The notes under the pieces are model-generated. The model did no database searches and had not been told where the DNA came from. It saw only the letters and a program-made list of their open reading frames with translations. A program made the translations under genes and the position numbers. This document shows positions 8,434-17,459 of a DNA stretch of 64,000 nucleotides, piece by piece (position 1 is the stretch's first letter; each line of letters starts with the position of its first letter). Origin of the DNA: Actinomycetes bacterium (GTDB lineage: Bacteria > Actinomycetota > Acidimicrobiia > Acidimicrobiales > Aldehydirespiratoraceae); the NCBI GenBank assembly GCA_024276495.1, contig JAJRXC010000013.1, positions 6,402-70,401 on the forward strand, read 5' to 3'.

Positions 8434-8492
8434 CCCTGCTTTTCTGACGCGTTGATCGCGCATGGCGCGATCAACGCGTCAGAAAAGCAGGG
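8434..8492. repeat. palindromic intergenic repeat, copy 2 (perfect 28-bp arms, 3-nt loop)
   Basis: CCCTGCTTTTCTGACGCGTTGATCGCGC-ATG-GCGCGATCAACGCGTCAGAAAAGCAGGG. It is flanked by a polypyrimidine tract on the left and a purine-rich tract on the right. It lies between the MoaD-like stop (8510) and the GPx start (8362). Confidence 0.9.
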
Positions 8493-8509
8493 AAAAGGCG
8501 GGGAGGTCT

Positions 8510-8758
8510 TCAGCCGCCGGTGATCGGGGCGATGAAGTGGATGTCGGTGGTCGGGCCGACCTTCTCGTAGATGCTGCCGCGGGGAAGCAGCTCACCATCG
8601 ATCGCGACGCTGGCGCCCTCGGTCAACCGCGGGCCGAGCCCCGGGAAACGACGTTCGAGCTCGGCGATGACCGCCCCGATGGTGGCGCCATCCACCTCCA
8701 GGACCTCCTCGCCGCCGGTGAAACGACGATGATCGGCCTGGAGGTGGACGATCGCCAT
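8510..8758 (-). CDS. MoaD/ThiS-family ubiquitin-like small protein (C-terminal GG)
   Basis: 82-aa ORF ending ...HFIAPITGG. Its ATG directly abuts the TAG of the upstream molybdo-hydroxylase large subunit (TAGATG). Confidence 0.7.
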   Translation of the reverse strand: MAIVHLQADHRRFTGGEEVLEVDGATIGAVIAELERRFPGLGPRLTEGASVAIDGELLPRGSIYEKVGPTTDIHFIAPITGG

Positions 8759-10996
8759 CTACTTCTCGTTGATCTTCTTCAAGACGTTCGGTGGCGACAT
8801 CGGCAGGTCGGTCATCCGCACCCCGGTAGCCGCCGCGATCGCGTTCGCGAGCGTCGGGATGGGCGGGACGATGCCGGTCTCGCCGACGCCCCGCACGCCG
8901 TAGGGATGACTCGGGTTCGGTACCTCCACGATGATCGTCTCGATCATCGGCAGATCCGACGCCACCGGCATGCGGTAGTCGAGGAAGCTCGCGTTCTCCA
9001 TCTCGCCGGACGCATCGAAGATGTACTCCTCGTTGAGCGCCCATCCGATTCCCTGGGCCGAGCCGCCCTGCATCTGACCTTCCACATAGGCCGGATGAAT
9101 CGCCGTCCCCGCGTCCTGGGCCGTGGTGTAGCGCAGGATCGTCACCTGGCCGGTCTCCTCGTCGACCTTCACGTCGGCGAGATGGGCCGCGAACGATGGT
9201 CCGGCGCCGGCCGCGTTGAGCGAGGCCGTCGCGGTGAGCGGGCCGCCGGTCATCTTCGCCTGGGCCGTGATGTCGGCGATGGTCAGCGGTTCGTTGCCCT
9301 CCGATGCCGGTCCTTCGATGACGGCGGCACCGCCGATCCACGCGACCTGGTCGACGTCGACACCTCGGATGACCGCCGCCCGTTCCTTCATCTTCTCGAT
9401 GAGCTCACGACACGCGTTGACGACGGCCATGCCGGTGGCGAACGTCGCCCGACTGCCTTCGGTGATGTCGGTGAACCCGACCGATTCGGTGTCGGCCACG
9501 ATCGGGGTGATCCGATGCACGTCGAGGCCGAGCTCCTCGGCCGCCATGAGCGCCATCGACGCACGGCTCCCGCCGATGTCGGGGCTTCCGGTGATGACCG
9601 TGGCGGTCCCGTCCTCGTTGAGGTTGACCGTGGCGCTCGACTGTTCACCGATGTTGAACCAGAAACCGGTCGCGAACCCACGACCGGCGCCCTCGGGCAC
9701 CGGTGAGTTGTAGTGGTCGGAGCTCTTGATCGCCTCGAGCGTCTCGATGAACCCGATCTTCGGATGGGGCATCCCCATCGCGGTCGGGTCGCCTTCGACG
9801 ACCGCGTTCCGAAGCCGGAGCTCGATCGGATCCATCCCGAGCTGCTGGGCGATCTCGTCGACGAGGGTCTCGACCGCGAACGCGGCCTGAGGAGCCGACG
9901 GGGCCCGATAGGCCGCCGACTTGGGTGTGTTGTCGACCGTGCCGATCGCGTGGAGCTCGAGATTGGGGAACTTGTAGGACGCCACCGACATCGCCCCGGT
10001 CAACGCCGAGAACCCCTTGGTCGAGCCGTTGGAGTAGTACATCGTGCCGGCCAGCGTGGTGAGCTCACCGTCGTTGGTCGCACCGATCTTCAGGCTGATC
10101 TTCGACGCCGGCGCGGGGCCGGTCGCCCGCAGCACCTCTTCACGGGTCATGGCGAGCTTCACCGGACGTCCGGCCTTCTGCGACAACCGCACCGCGATCG
10201 GTTCGAGATAGATCGTGGTCTTGCCACCGAATCCGCCGCCGATCTCGGCCGGTGTGACCTTGATGCGGTCGGTGCTCCAGCCCAGAATCGCCGCGGTCTT
10301 GGAACGCACCGCGAAGTGGCCCTGCGACGACGCCCAGATCGACGCCTTGCCGTCCTGGCCGCAGTCGGCGACACACGCGTGCGGTTCGATGTATCCCTGA
10401 TGAACCGGGACGGTGGTGAACTCGCGTTCGACGATCACGTCGGCGGCCGCGAAGCCGGCCTCGACGTCGCCACGTTCGAACTGGCCGATCGACGCGAAGT
10501 TCGACGGCTCGGTGTCGCCGGTGAACAGGGTGCGGGTGGTCGGGTTGGCGAGCGGGGCGCCGTCGGCGATCGCCTCGTCGATGCTGAGGATCGCCGGCAA
10601 CTCCTCGTACTCGACCTTCACCGCGGCGGCAGCGGCGCGCGCCTGGGCGAGTGTCGTCGCGGCGACCGCGGCGACCGCATGTCCGTTGTACAGCACCTCG
10701 TCGCGGGCGATGTTGTTGACCGCTTCGTCGTGGATCGCATCGGCGATGTCGATCTCGGGGAAATCGGCTCCGGTCACGACGGCCTTCACTCCCGGCATCG
10801 CCTCGGCCGCGCTCGTGTCGATCGACACGATCCGGGCATGGGCGTGAGGGGACCGCGTGATCGCGGCCCGGAGCTGACCGGTCATGTTGAGATCCGCGGC
10901 GAAACGGGCCTTGCCGGTCACCTTGTCGAGTCCGTCGTGACGGATCGGCCGGGTACCGACGTACTTGTAGGTGGGGCGGGCCTCGGTGTCGGTCAC
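8759..10996 (-). CDS. xanthine dehydrogenase/aldehyde oxidase family, molybdopterin-binding large subunit
   Basis: Track ORF 8759..11338 trimmed to GTG 10996 (GTGA overlap with the small-subunit stop). The N-terminus YKYVGTRPIRHDGLDKVTGKARFAAD and the about 745-aa length are typical of CoxL/XdhB-like subunits. Confidence 0.85.
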   Translation of the reverse strand: MTDTEARPTYKYVGTRPIRHDGLDKVTGKARFAADLNMTGQLRAAITRSPHAHARIVSIDTSAAEAMPGVKAVVTGADFPEIDIADAIHDEAVNNIARDEVLYNGHAVAAVAATTLAQARAAAAAVKVEYEELPAILSIDEAIADGAPLANPTTRTLFTGDTEPSNFASIGQFERGDVEAGFAAADVIVEREFTTVPVHQGYIEPHACVADCGQDGKASIWASSQGHFAVRSKTAAILGWSTDRIKVTPAEIGGGFGGKTTIYLEPIAVRLSQKAGRPVKLAMTREEVLRATGPAPASKISLKIGATNDGELTTLAGTMYYSNGSTKGFSALTGAMSVASYKFPNLELHAIGTVDNTPKSAAYRAPSAPQAAFAVETLVDEIAQQLGMDPIELRLRNAVVEGDPTAMGMPHPKIGFIETLEAIKSSDHYNSPVPEGAGRGFATGFWFNIGEQSSATVNLNEDGTATVITGSPDIGGSRASMALMAAEELGLDVHRITPIVADTESVGFTDITEGSRATFATGMAVVNACRELIEKMKERAAVIRGVDVDQVAWIGGAAVIEGPASEGNEPLTIADITAQAKMTGGPLTATASLNAAGAGPSFAAHLADVKVDEETGQVTILRYTTAQDAGTAIHPAYVEGQMQGGSAQGIGWALNEEYIFDASGEMENASFLDYRMPVASDLPMIETIIVEVPNPSHPYGVRGVGETGIVPPIPTLANAIAAATGVRMTDLPMSPPNVLKKINEK

Positions 10997-11478
10997 TTCG
11001 ACGCTCCGTTCAGCTGAACCGCCGCCTCTTGCACGGCGTGGATGATCTTGTCGTAGCCCGTGCACCGGCAGAGATTGCCGGCGAGGGCGTAGCGGATCTC
11101 GGCCTCGGTCGGATTCGGATTGTGGTCGAGTAGCGCCTTGGCCGAGACGAGAACCCCCGGCGTGCAGATGCCGCACTGCAACGCGGCTTCCTCGAGGAAC
11201 ACCTGCTGCAGCGGATGGAGATGGTCGCCGTCGGCGATCCCCTCCACCGTGGTGATCTCGTGGCCCTCGGCTTCGGCCGCGAACATCAGGCAGGCGCAGT
11301 TGACCGCGCCGTCGACGAGAATCGAGCAGGCACCGCAATCGCCGGTCGCGCAGCCCTCCTTGGCCCCGGTGAGACCGAGCTCGTCTCGCAACGCGTCGAG
11401 CAGGGAAGTGGCATCGTCGGCGAGGAAGTCGACCTCGTCACCGTTGACGGTGCAATGGACGTGGGTGCGGCTGATCAT
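10993..11478 (-). CDS. (2Fe-2S)-binding small subunit of molybdo-hydroxylase
   Basis: Track ORF trimmed to ATG 11478 (MISRTHVHCTVNG...). It has the two cluster motifs CATGDCGACS and CGICTPG...CRCTGY. Confidence 0.9.
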   Translation of the reverse strand: MISRTHVHCTVNGDEVDFLADDATSLLDALRDELGLTGAKEGCATGDCGACSILVDGAVNCACLMFAAEAEGHEITTVEGIADGDHLHPLQQVFLEEAALQCGICTPGVLVSAKALLDHNPNPTEAEIRYALAGNLCRCTGYDKIIHAVQEAAVQLNGASK

Positions 11479-12341
11479 GATGCTCCTCCGGCTCGTTCGG
11501 CAGCGATCGTGGCCGCTCGCTTGGCGAGCACCCCGGCCACCTGGCGGCGGTACTCCACGGTGCCGCGTTTGTCGTCGATCGGGTCGCACGCCGCCGACGC
11601 GGCAGCCGCGACCGCGGCGAGGGTGTCGTCGTCGAGCGTCGACCCGACGAGGGCCGCCTCGGCCTCGGGCACCCGGATGACCGTCGGGGCGACCGCGCCG
11701 AGAACGACGGAGGCGGCCGTGCAGGTGTCACCGTCCATGGTGAGACGAACCGCGGCACCGGCGACCGCGATGTCCATCTCGGTACGGGGGATCATGCGCA
11801 GATAGGCGTCGGCCGTGGCGGCGGGCGGCGCGTCGACCTCGAACTCGACGACGAACTCGCCGTCGGCGAGTGAGGTCTGTCCGGGGCCGGTCACGATCTC
11901 CTCGACGGGCACGGTGCGAGTCCCGTCGCCGGTCGCGATCACCGCCCGGGCGTCGTTGGCGACCAGCGCCGGCACGGAGTCGGCGGCCGGGGAGGCGTTG
12001 CACAGGTTGCCGCCCCAACTCGACCGGTTCTGGATCTGATCGGAGCCGATGAGGCCACTCGCCTCGGACAGGCCCGGAAAGGCCGCGGTGAACGCGTCGT
12101 TGCCGGTGAGCGCCGAGGTGGGCGTCGCCGCCCCGACGGTCCAGCGACCATCGGATTCGGTGATCGAGACGAGTTGGTCGATTCGCTTCAGGTCGACCAG
12201 GACCGAGGGTTCGGGTCGACCGGCACGGATCTGCGGAATCAGGTCGGTGGCACCGGCGAACACCCGGCTGCCGGGGTTGCCCGTCAGCAGATCGCGCGCC
12301 TCGTCCACGGTGGTGGGTGCGGCATATCTCATGGGCCGCAA
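11475..12341 (-). CDS. FAD-binding medium subunit of molybdo-hydroxylase (CoxM/XdhA-like)
   Basis: 288-aa ORF. The N-terminus is Y.AP.T..EA..LL followed by AGATDLIP. It has a 4-nt overlap with the small-subunit start. Confidence 0.8.
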   Translation of the reverse strand: MRPMRYAAPTTVDEARDLLTGNPGSRVFAGATDLIPQIRAGRPEPSVLVDLKRIDQLVSITESDGRWTVGAATPTSALTGNDAFTAAFPGLSEASGLIGSDQIQNRSSWGGNLCNASPAADSVPALVANDARAVIATGDGTRTVPVEEIVTGPGQTSLADGEFVVEFEVDAPPAATADAYLRMIPRTEMDIAVAGAAVRLTMDGDTCTAASVVLGAVAPTVIRVPEAEAALVGSTLDDDTLAAVAAAASAACDPIDDKRGTVEYRRQVAGVLAKRAATIAAERAGGAS

Positions 12342-12398
12342 CCTAGCGGCACGGCCATGGGTTGTTCGAACCCCGCAGGGGAGTTCTCCCGCGGGCCA

Positions 12399-13430
12399 TC
12401 AGGCCCGGGTGCGTGCCGTGGCCCAGTGCGACATCGCCCCGGCAGCCTGGAAGCGGGCCGGGCGATCCTGCGGGCCGAGGATGTCGGTCGCCAGCCACAG
12501 CCGCTTCAGCCACCGAACCCGGCCCGTCGTGGCGTCGTCGACATAGGCCTTCCGGCCGTGGAGGACGTGATAGTTGTTCACGAACTGGATGTCGCCGGGT
12601 TCGAACGACATCTCCACCCGGTTGTCCGGATCGTAGATGTAGGTGTCGTAGGCATCCATCGCCGCTCGTTGGGCGTCGCTCAACCGGGGCGCGTCGTCGT
12701 GACGCTGCGACGCCTCGATGTAGGGCCGGATGTAGCGAACGAAGAGGCGCTCGTCGTGACGGGAGAACACGGGCACGTGGTAGAAGGGCGTCGCGCCATC
12801 GCGTTGCTCGCCCCGGAAATCGTAGGGAAGTCCGCCGTACAGCAGCCCCGCCAGCTCGGGGTCGGCCTCCACGAGACGATTGTGGGCCGCGACAGCGTTG
12901 GTGATCAGGCTCTCCCCGCCGCTCACCCCCGGATCGAGACACATCAATCCGACGAGATCGGACCCGTCGGAGTGGAACGCCTGGGCGACGCCGCCCAACT
13001 CGTAGCCCCGTGCGGTGGGATCGTCAGGGTTCTTGCCCTGGTCCTTCACGTCACCGAGCAGGTGCCCCTTCACGTTCTGCGGCCAGGGAACCCCGAGGTG
13101 CAGGCCGATCCCCCAATAGATCCAGGATGCGTCCTCGAACCCGAGCCGGTCGATCGGCAGGGCCGAGATCCGCTGGAACCCCCGGCCGTTGATCAACTCA
13201 TCGGCGATATCCGCCAGCACCGCGGAGAGCGTGGGCAGGGGGAACTCGGCGCGGGTCACATCGAGAACTTCGTCGGTGTGGGACCGGGCGACGGCCAGTG
13301 CCGCGTCGAGCTCGGCGATCTCGGCACCGTCGAGGCGGTAGGTCCACGCATCGACGTCGGCGACGTCCGCGGCCGACCAGACGGCGTGGGATTCGAGAGG
13401 GCGGACCTCTTCGGGGGGAAGCACTGCCAT
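12399..13430 (-). CDS. TauD/TfdA-family Fe(II)/2-oxoglutarate dioxygenase
   Basis: 343-aa ORF with AFHSDGSDLVGLMCL (HxD iron ligands) and a distal NNYHVLHGR motif. Confidence 0.7.
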   Translation of the reverse strand: MAVLPPEEVRPLESHAVWSAADVADVDAWTYRLDGAEIAELDAALAVARSHTDEVLDVTRAEFPLPTLSAVLADIADELINGRGFQRISALPIDRLGFEDASWIYWGIGLHLGVPWPQNVKGHLLGDVKDQGKNPDDPTARGYELGGVAQAFHSDGSDLVGLMCLDPGVSGGESLITNAVAAHNRLVEADPELAGLLYGGLPYDFRGEQRDGATPFYHVPVFSRHDERLFVRYIRPYIEASQRHDDAPRLSDAQRAAMDAYDTYIYDPDNRVEMSFEPGDIQFVNNYHVLHGRKAYVDDATTGRVRWLKRLWLATDILGPQDRPARFQAAGAMSHWATARTRA

Positions 13431-13447
13431 TGTCGAAATCCTCTCGT

Positions 13448-15169
13448 TCAGACCGTCGGATCCGGCTGGGCGCCCCGAACGAGACGACCGGGCAACGCCC
13501 CGGTCTCCTCACCCGACGCGTAGGTCTCCTCCCCGGCGACAAACGTGTGCAGATAGCCGTCGGCTCGCTGCAGCACACGGCGGCCACCGGCGGGAAGGTC
13601 GTAAGCGAGCTCGGGGCCGCGGGCCCGGAGGTTCTCGAAGTCGATGACGTTGAGGTCGGCGCGGTATCCCGGCGCCAGGACGCCCCGGTCGTACAGCCCG
13701 ACCGTGCGCGCCGTGTCGCGGCATTGGCGCTGCACGAGGAACTCGATGTCGATCCGGCCCTCGGGCCGCTCCCGGCCCCAGTGCTGGAGCAGCGTGGTCG
13801 GGAACGAGCCGTCGCAGATCGTGCCGACGTGGGCCCCGCCGTCGCTGAGCGCGGGAACGGTGAAGTCGTGGGTGAGCAGATCCCGGGTGCCGTCGAGGTT
13901 CATCTTCCCGTAGTTGCTGAACGGCAACCACAACATGTTGGTGCCGTCGTTCTCCGACAGCAGGTCGAGGGCGAGCTCCGCCGGGCTCACACCAGCCGCC
14001 GCGGCCCGCCGGGCGACGGTCTGCTCGGGGGCCGGCTCGTAATACGGGGTGTCGCCCATCTCGAACATGATCTCGAACTTCTCGATGAGGCCACCGCCGA
14101 CGAGGTCCCCGTCGGTACCGCCACTCGACGCCAGCAGACGCGCCCGACGGTCGGGATCACGCAGGGCGATCACCCGCTCGGCCGGGGGGAGATCGGCGAC
14201 CTCGCGCCACACCGGGTTGCGCAGGAACGGGTTCAGGGTGCACTCGAACCCGAGAAGGATGCCGATCGGCCGCACCGGGCATTGACCGGTGATGTGCAGC
14301 CCGTCGATTCGAGCCTGTTCGATCCGGGCCAGGAGGTCGACGTGGAACTCGTCGCTTCTCGGGCTCTCGACGATCGTGAACGAGAGCGGTCGACCCGACA
14401 CCTCGCACATGTCCCGCAACATCGCGAACTCGGCGTCGCGGTCGCGAAAATCGCTGACCAGCTGGAACACACCGGTTCCGAGCACACCGACCGCCTCGGC
14501 GATTCCCACCAGCTCCTCGGCCGCCGCGGTCAACGTCGGGGTGAAGTCGCCGGTGGCCGTCTTGTGGTTCGACGTACGACTCGTCGAAAAGCCGAGCGCC
14601 CCCGCGGCGATGCCCTCGACGGCGAGCCGGCCCATCTCCGCGATGTCCTGCGGGGTGACATCCTCACGGTTGGCGCCTCGCTCCCCCATCACGTGCAACC
14701 GCAGAGCGCCGTGGGGAACCTGGGCCGCGATGTTCATGTCCTTGGGGGTGTCACACGCGTCGAGATAGTCGGCGAACGAGTTCCAACCCCAGCGCAGTCC
14801 CTCGTTCAACGCGGCCCCGGGGATGTCCTCGACCCCTTCCATCAGCTCGACCAGCTTGTCGTGGTCGGTTCCGTGGACCGGCGCGAATCCGACGCCACAG
14901 TTCCCGAAGACCGCGGTGGTGACGCCGTGCCAGCTCGACGGCTGCATCCGATCGTCCCATGTGGCCTGTCCGTCGTAGTGGGTGTGGATGTCGACGAACC
15001 CGGGGGTGACGAGGGCACCGTCGGCGGCGATCTCCCGATGGGCGGCGCCGGTGACCGCGCCGACCTCGGTGACGATGCCATCGGAAACGGCGATGTCGGC
15101 GGTGCGGGCCGGGCCGCCGGTGCCGTCGACGACCGAGCCTCCCCGGATGATCAGATCGTGTTCGGCCAT
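13448..15169 (-). CDS. N-acyl-D-amino-acid deacylase (D-aminoacylase) family amidohydrolase
   Basis: 573-aa ORF. The start [33 protein letters not shown]...[13 protein letters not shown] is the family-typical N-terminus. Confidence 0.8.
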   Translation of the reverse strand: MAEHDLIIRGGSVVDGTGGPARTADIAVSDGIVTEVGAVTGAAHREIAADGALVTPGFVDIHTHYDGQATWDDRMQPSSWHGVTTAVFGNCGVGFAPVHGTDHDKLVELMEGVEDIPGAALNEGLRWGWNSFADYLDACDTPKDMNIAAQVPHGALRLHVMGERGANREDVTPQDIAEMGRLAVEGIAAGALGFSTSRTSNHKTATGDFTPTLTAAAEELVGIAEAVGVLGTGVFQLVSDFRDRDAEFAMLRDMCEVSGRPLSFTIVESPRSDEFHVDLLARIEQARIDGLHITGQCPVRPIGILLGFECTLNPFLRNPVWREVADLPPAERVIALRDPDRRARLLASSGGTDGDLVGGGLIEKFEIMFEMGDTPYYEPAPEQTVARRAAAAGVSPAELALDLLSENDGTNMLWLPFSNYGKMNLDGTRDLLTHDFTVPALSDGGAHVGTICDGSFPTTLLQHWGRERPEGRIDIEFLVQRQCRDTARTVGLYDRGVLAPGYRADLNVIDFENLRARGPELAYDLPAGGRRVLQRADGYLHTFVAGEETYASGEETGALPGRLVRGAQPDPTV

Positions 15170-15271
15170 CGGTCCCCTCGGTTCACGGTCCCATGATGTC
15201 AGTCCACGACCACGTGGCGCAGATCGAGTCGTCGGCCTCCAGTGCGCACACCGATCGGCCGATGATGGGGT

Positions 15272-16912
15272 GTGGCCTCCCCCGCGGCACGCCGCCGCTT
15301 CCTCGGTTCGTTGATCGTCGGCATCCTCGCGGCGGCGACGGTCTCCGCGCCGACCGCACCCGTCGAGGCCTATCCAGGCGCCCCGTGGTTCCAGCCCGAC
15401 ACGCCCTATGCCCAGAACTTCCCCGACCCGGCGATCATCCTCGTCGACGACACGTACTACGCCTACGCGACGACCACCGGTGGCTCGGCGATGCCGGTGA
15501 TGACCTCCACCGATCTCGTCACCTGGATCGCCCGCGGCGACGCGCTCGGATCCGGGCCCTCGTGGTCACCGCACCCTGACGGGTGGAACATCTGGGCCCC
15601 CACCGTCGTCGAGCTCCCGAACGGCGAGTTTCTCGCCGCGTTCGCCGCCCGCACCGGCAACGGGGCGCGCCGCTGCATCGCCACCGCCCGGGCATCGTCC
15701 CCTCTCGGACCGTTCGTGACGAGCGGCGCCGAACCGTTCGTGTGCGAACCCGATCCCAACGGCGCGCTCGATCCGTTTCTCCTCGTCGACGGCGACGTGC
15801 CATGGCTCGTCTGGAAGAACGAGGGTGTCCCGGTCGGGCATCCCACCTTGTCCTCACGCCGCACGGGGTTCTGGTCCCGGGCGCTCACCGACGACGGTGC
15901 CGCCTGGCGACCCGGCTCGGTCACCAACTTCTTGATCGAAACGACCGAGCTCGCCCGTCCGTGGCAGGGCATGGTGATTGAGAACCCGGCCCTGGTCGCC
16001 TGGGACGGCACCTGGTTCCTGGCGTATTCCGCCAACCAGTACGACACCACGGCGTACGCCACCGGCTGGGCGCGCTGTGTCGGTCCGGCCGGTCCCTGCG
16101 AGGAACCGTCGACCCAGGCGCTGCTGGTCTCCGACGACGAACGGCTCGGGCCGGGCGGTCCGGCCCCGTTCGTCGACCGAGAGGGTGTGCTCCGGCTCGG
16201 CTATCACGGCTGGAATCCTCCGTTCACGAGCTACCGGCCCTACCCGGCCTGCGAATCCTCGGGTGACTGCGAGGATTCGCAACGATTCCTATTCGTCGAC
16301 GCGATCTGTGTGGCGGGCGACGAGGCCTTCGTCTATGCCCCACACGACGGCCCGTTTTGCGACGTGGGCCCGGGCGAGTACTTCTCGTCGGCGGTCGATT
16401 GGCTCGCGGCCAACGACATCACGACCGGGATCAGTCCCGACGCCTACGGCGCGACCGGGTCGGTCACCCGGGCCCAGATGGCGACGTTCCTGTGGCGTCT
16501 CATGGGCGAGCCGGTCGTCTCGAGCGCGTCCGGATTCACCGACGTCGGCGCCGGTCGCTACTACGACGACGCCGTCGCCTGGCTGGCTGCGGCCGGAATC
16601 ACCACCGGCGTCGCTCCCGACCGCTTCGATCCGGACGGGTTCGTCACCCGGGCCCAGATGGCCGCGTTCTTGTGGCGGCTGGTCGGCGAGCCGTCCGCCG
16701 TGTCGACGCCGGGCTTCACCGACGTTCCGCCCGGACGGTGGTTCGGTCCGGCGGTCGACTGGTTGGCGGGCGCCGGCGTCACCACCGGCGTCGCCCCGGG
16801 GATCTACGCCCCCACCGACATCGTGAGGCGGGCCCAGATGGCCGCCTTCCTGTGCCGGCTCGCCACGACCGCCGAGTTCGCCGTGATCGGCGCGCCGACG
16901 CCGAGTTGCTGA
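15272..16912 (+). CDS. secreted GH43-like beta-propeller protein with three C-terminal SLH domains
   Basis: GTG start. It has a twin-arginine signal (ARRRFLGSL...APVEA) and a GH43-like FPDPAIILVDDTYYAYATT. From about 16355 there are three repeats of about 60 aa of the form F.DV...W...AV.WLA..GITTG..P..F.P...VTRAQMA.FLWRL (SLH consensus). Confidence 0.75.
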   Translation: MASPAARRRFLGSLIVGILAAATVSAPTAPVEAYPGAPWFQPDTPYAQNFPDPAIILVDDTYYAYATTTGGSAMPVMTSTDLVTWIARGDALGSGPSWSPHPDGWNIWAPTVVELPNGEFLAAFAARTGNGARRCIATARASSPLGPFVTSGAEPFVCEPDPNGALDPFLLVDGDVPWLVWKNEGVPVGHPTLSSRRTGFWSRALTDDGAAWRPGSVTNFLIETTELARPWQGMVIENPALVAWDGTWFLAYSANQYDTTAYATGWARCVGPAGPCEEPSTQALLVSDDERLGPGGPAPFVDREGVLRLGYHGWNPPFTSYRPYPACESSGDCEDSQRFLFVDAICVAGDEAFVYAPHDGPFCDVGPGEYFSSAVDWLAANDITTGISPDAYGATGSVTRAQMATFLWRLMGEPVVSSASGFTDVGAGRYYDDAVAWLAAAGITTGVAPDRFDPDGFVTRAQMAAFLWRLVGEPSAVSTPGFTDVPPGRWFGPAVDWLAGAGVTTGVAPGIYAPTDIVRRAQMAAFLCRLATTAEFAVIGAPTPSC

Positions 16913-16936
16913 CACCGATCCGGAGGTCCCGGGTCT

Positions 16937-17431
16937 TCAGTTGAAGTCGTGGTTGGCCCGTCGGTACGCGACCAGCGAATCGGTGATCTCCCGCCGGGCT
17001 GTCGGGTTCATCCCTTCGAGGCCGAACTCGATCTCGGCCAGGGCGGTCGCGGCGCGCGTCGCGACTCGGCGACCGGCCGGGAGGATCCGGGCGAGCACCA
17101 TTCGTCCGTCGCCCACCGCGGCGACCCGTTCCACGAACCCCGAGCGCTCGAGCCGGCGAGTGGTGTTGGTGACGCTGGCTGCGTGAACCTGCAGTCGATC
17201 CCCGATCTTCCCCATGGGGAGGCGGCCGGCCCGGGAGAAGGTCAACAAGGCGAGGACCTCGAAGCGGCTGAAGTTGAGATCGAACGGGGCCAGGGCGGCA
17301 TCGATGCGGGATTGCAGGATCTGATGGGCCCGGGTGATGGACGTGGCCGCGAGCATCGCGTCGGTCTCGGCCCAACCCCGACGTTCCCAGTTGCGGCCCG
17401 CCTCGGCGATCGGATCGAACCCGAGTCCCAT
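16937..17431 (-). CDS. MarR family transcriptional regulator
   Basis: Track ORF 16937..17467 trimmed to ATG 17431. The winged-helix core reads FSRFEVLALLTFSRAGRLPMGKIGDRLQVHAASVTNTTRRLERSGFVERV. Confidence 0.8.
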   Translation of the reverse strand: MGLGFDPIAEAGRNWERRGWAETDAMLAATSITRAHQILQSRIDAALAPFDLNFSRFEVLALLTFSRAGRLPMGKIGDRLQVHAASVTNTTRRLERSGFVERVAAVGDGRMVLARILPAGRRVATRAATALAEIEFGLEGMNPTARREITDSLVAYRRANHDFN

Positions 17432-17459
17432 GAGCGCTATCCTAGGGACAACTACTTTG

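Noticed and set aside
8759-11338. 859-aa ORF suggesting a small-subunit/large-subunit fusion
   Set aside because: The first 114 codons overlap the 2Fe-2S subunit gene in another frame and look like shadow sequence. The conserved large-subunit N-terminus begins at GTG 10996, which overlaps the small-subunit stop (GTGA).
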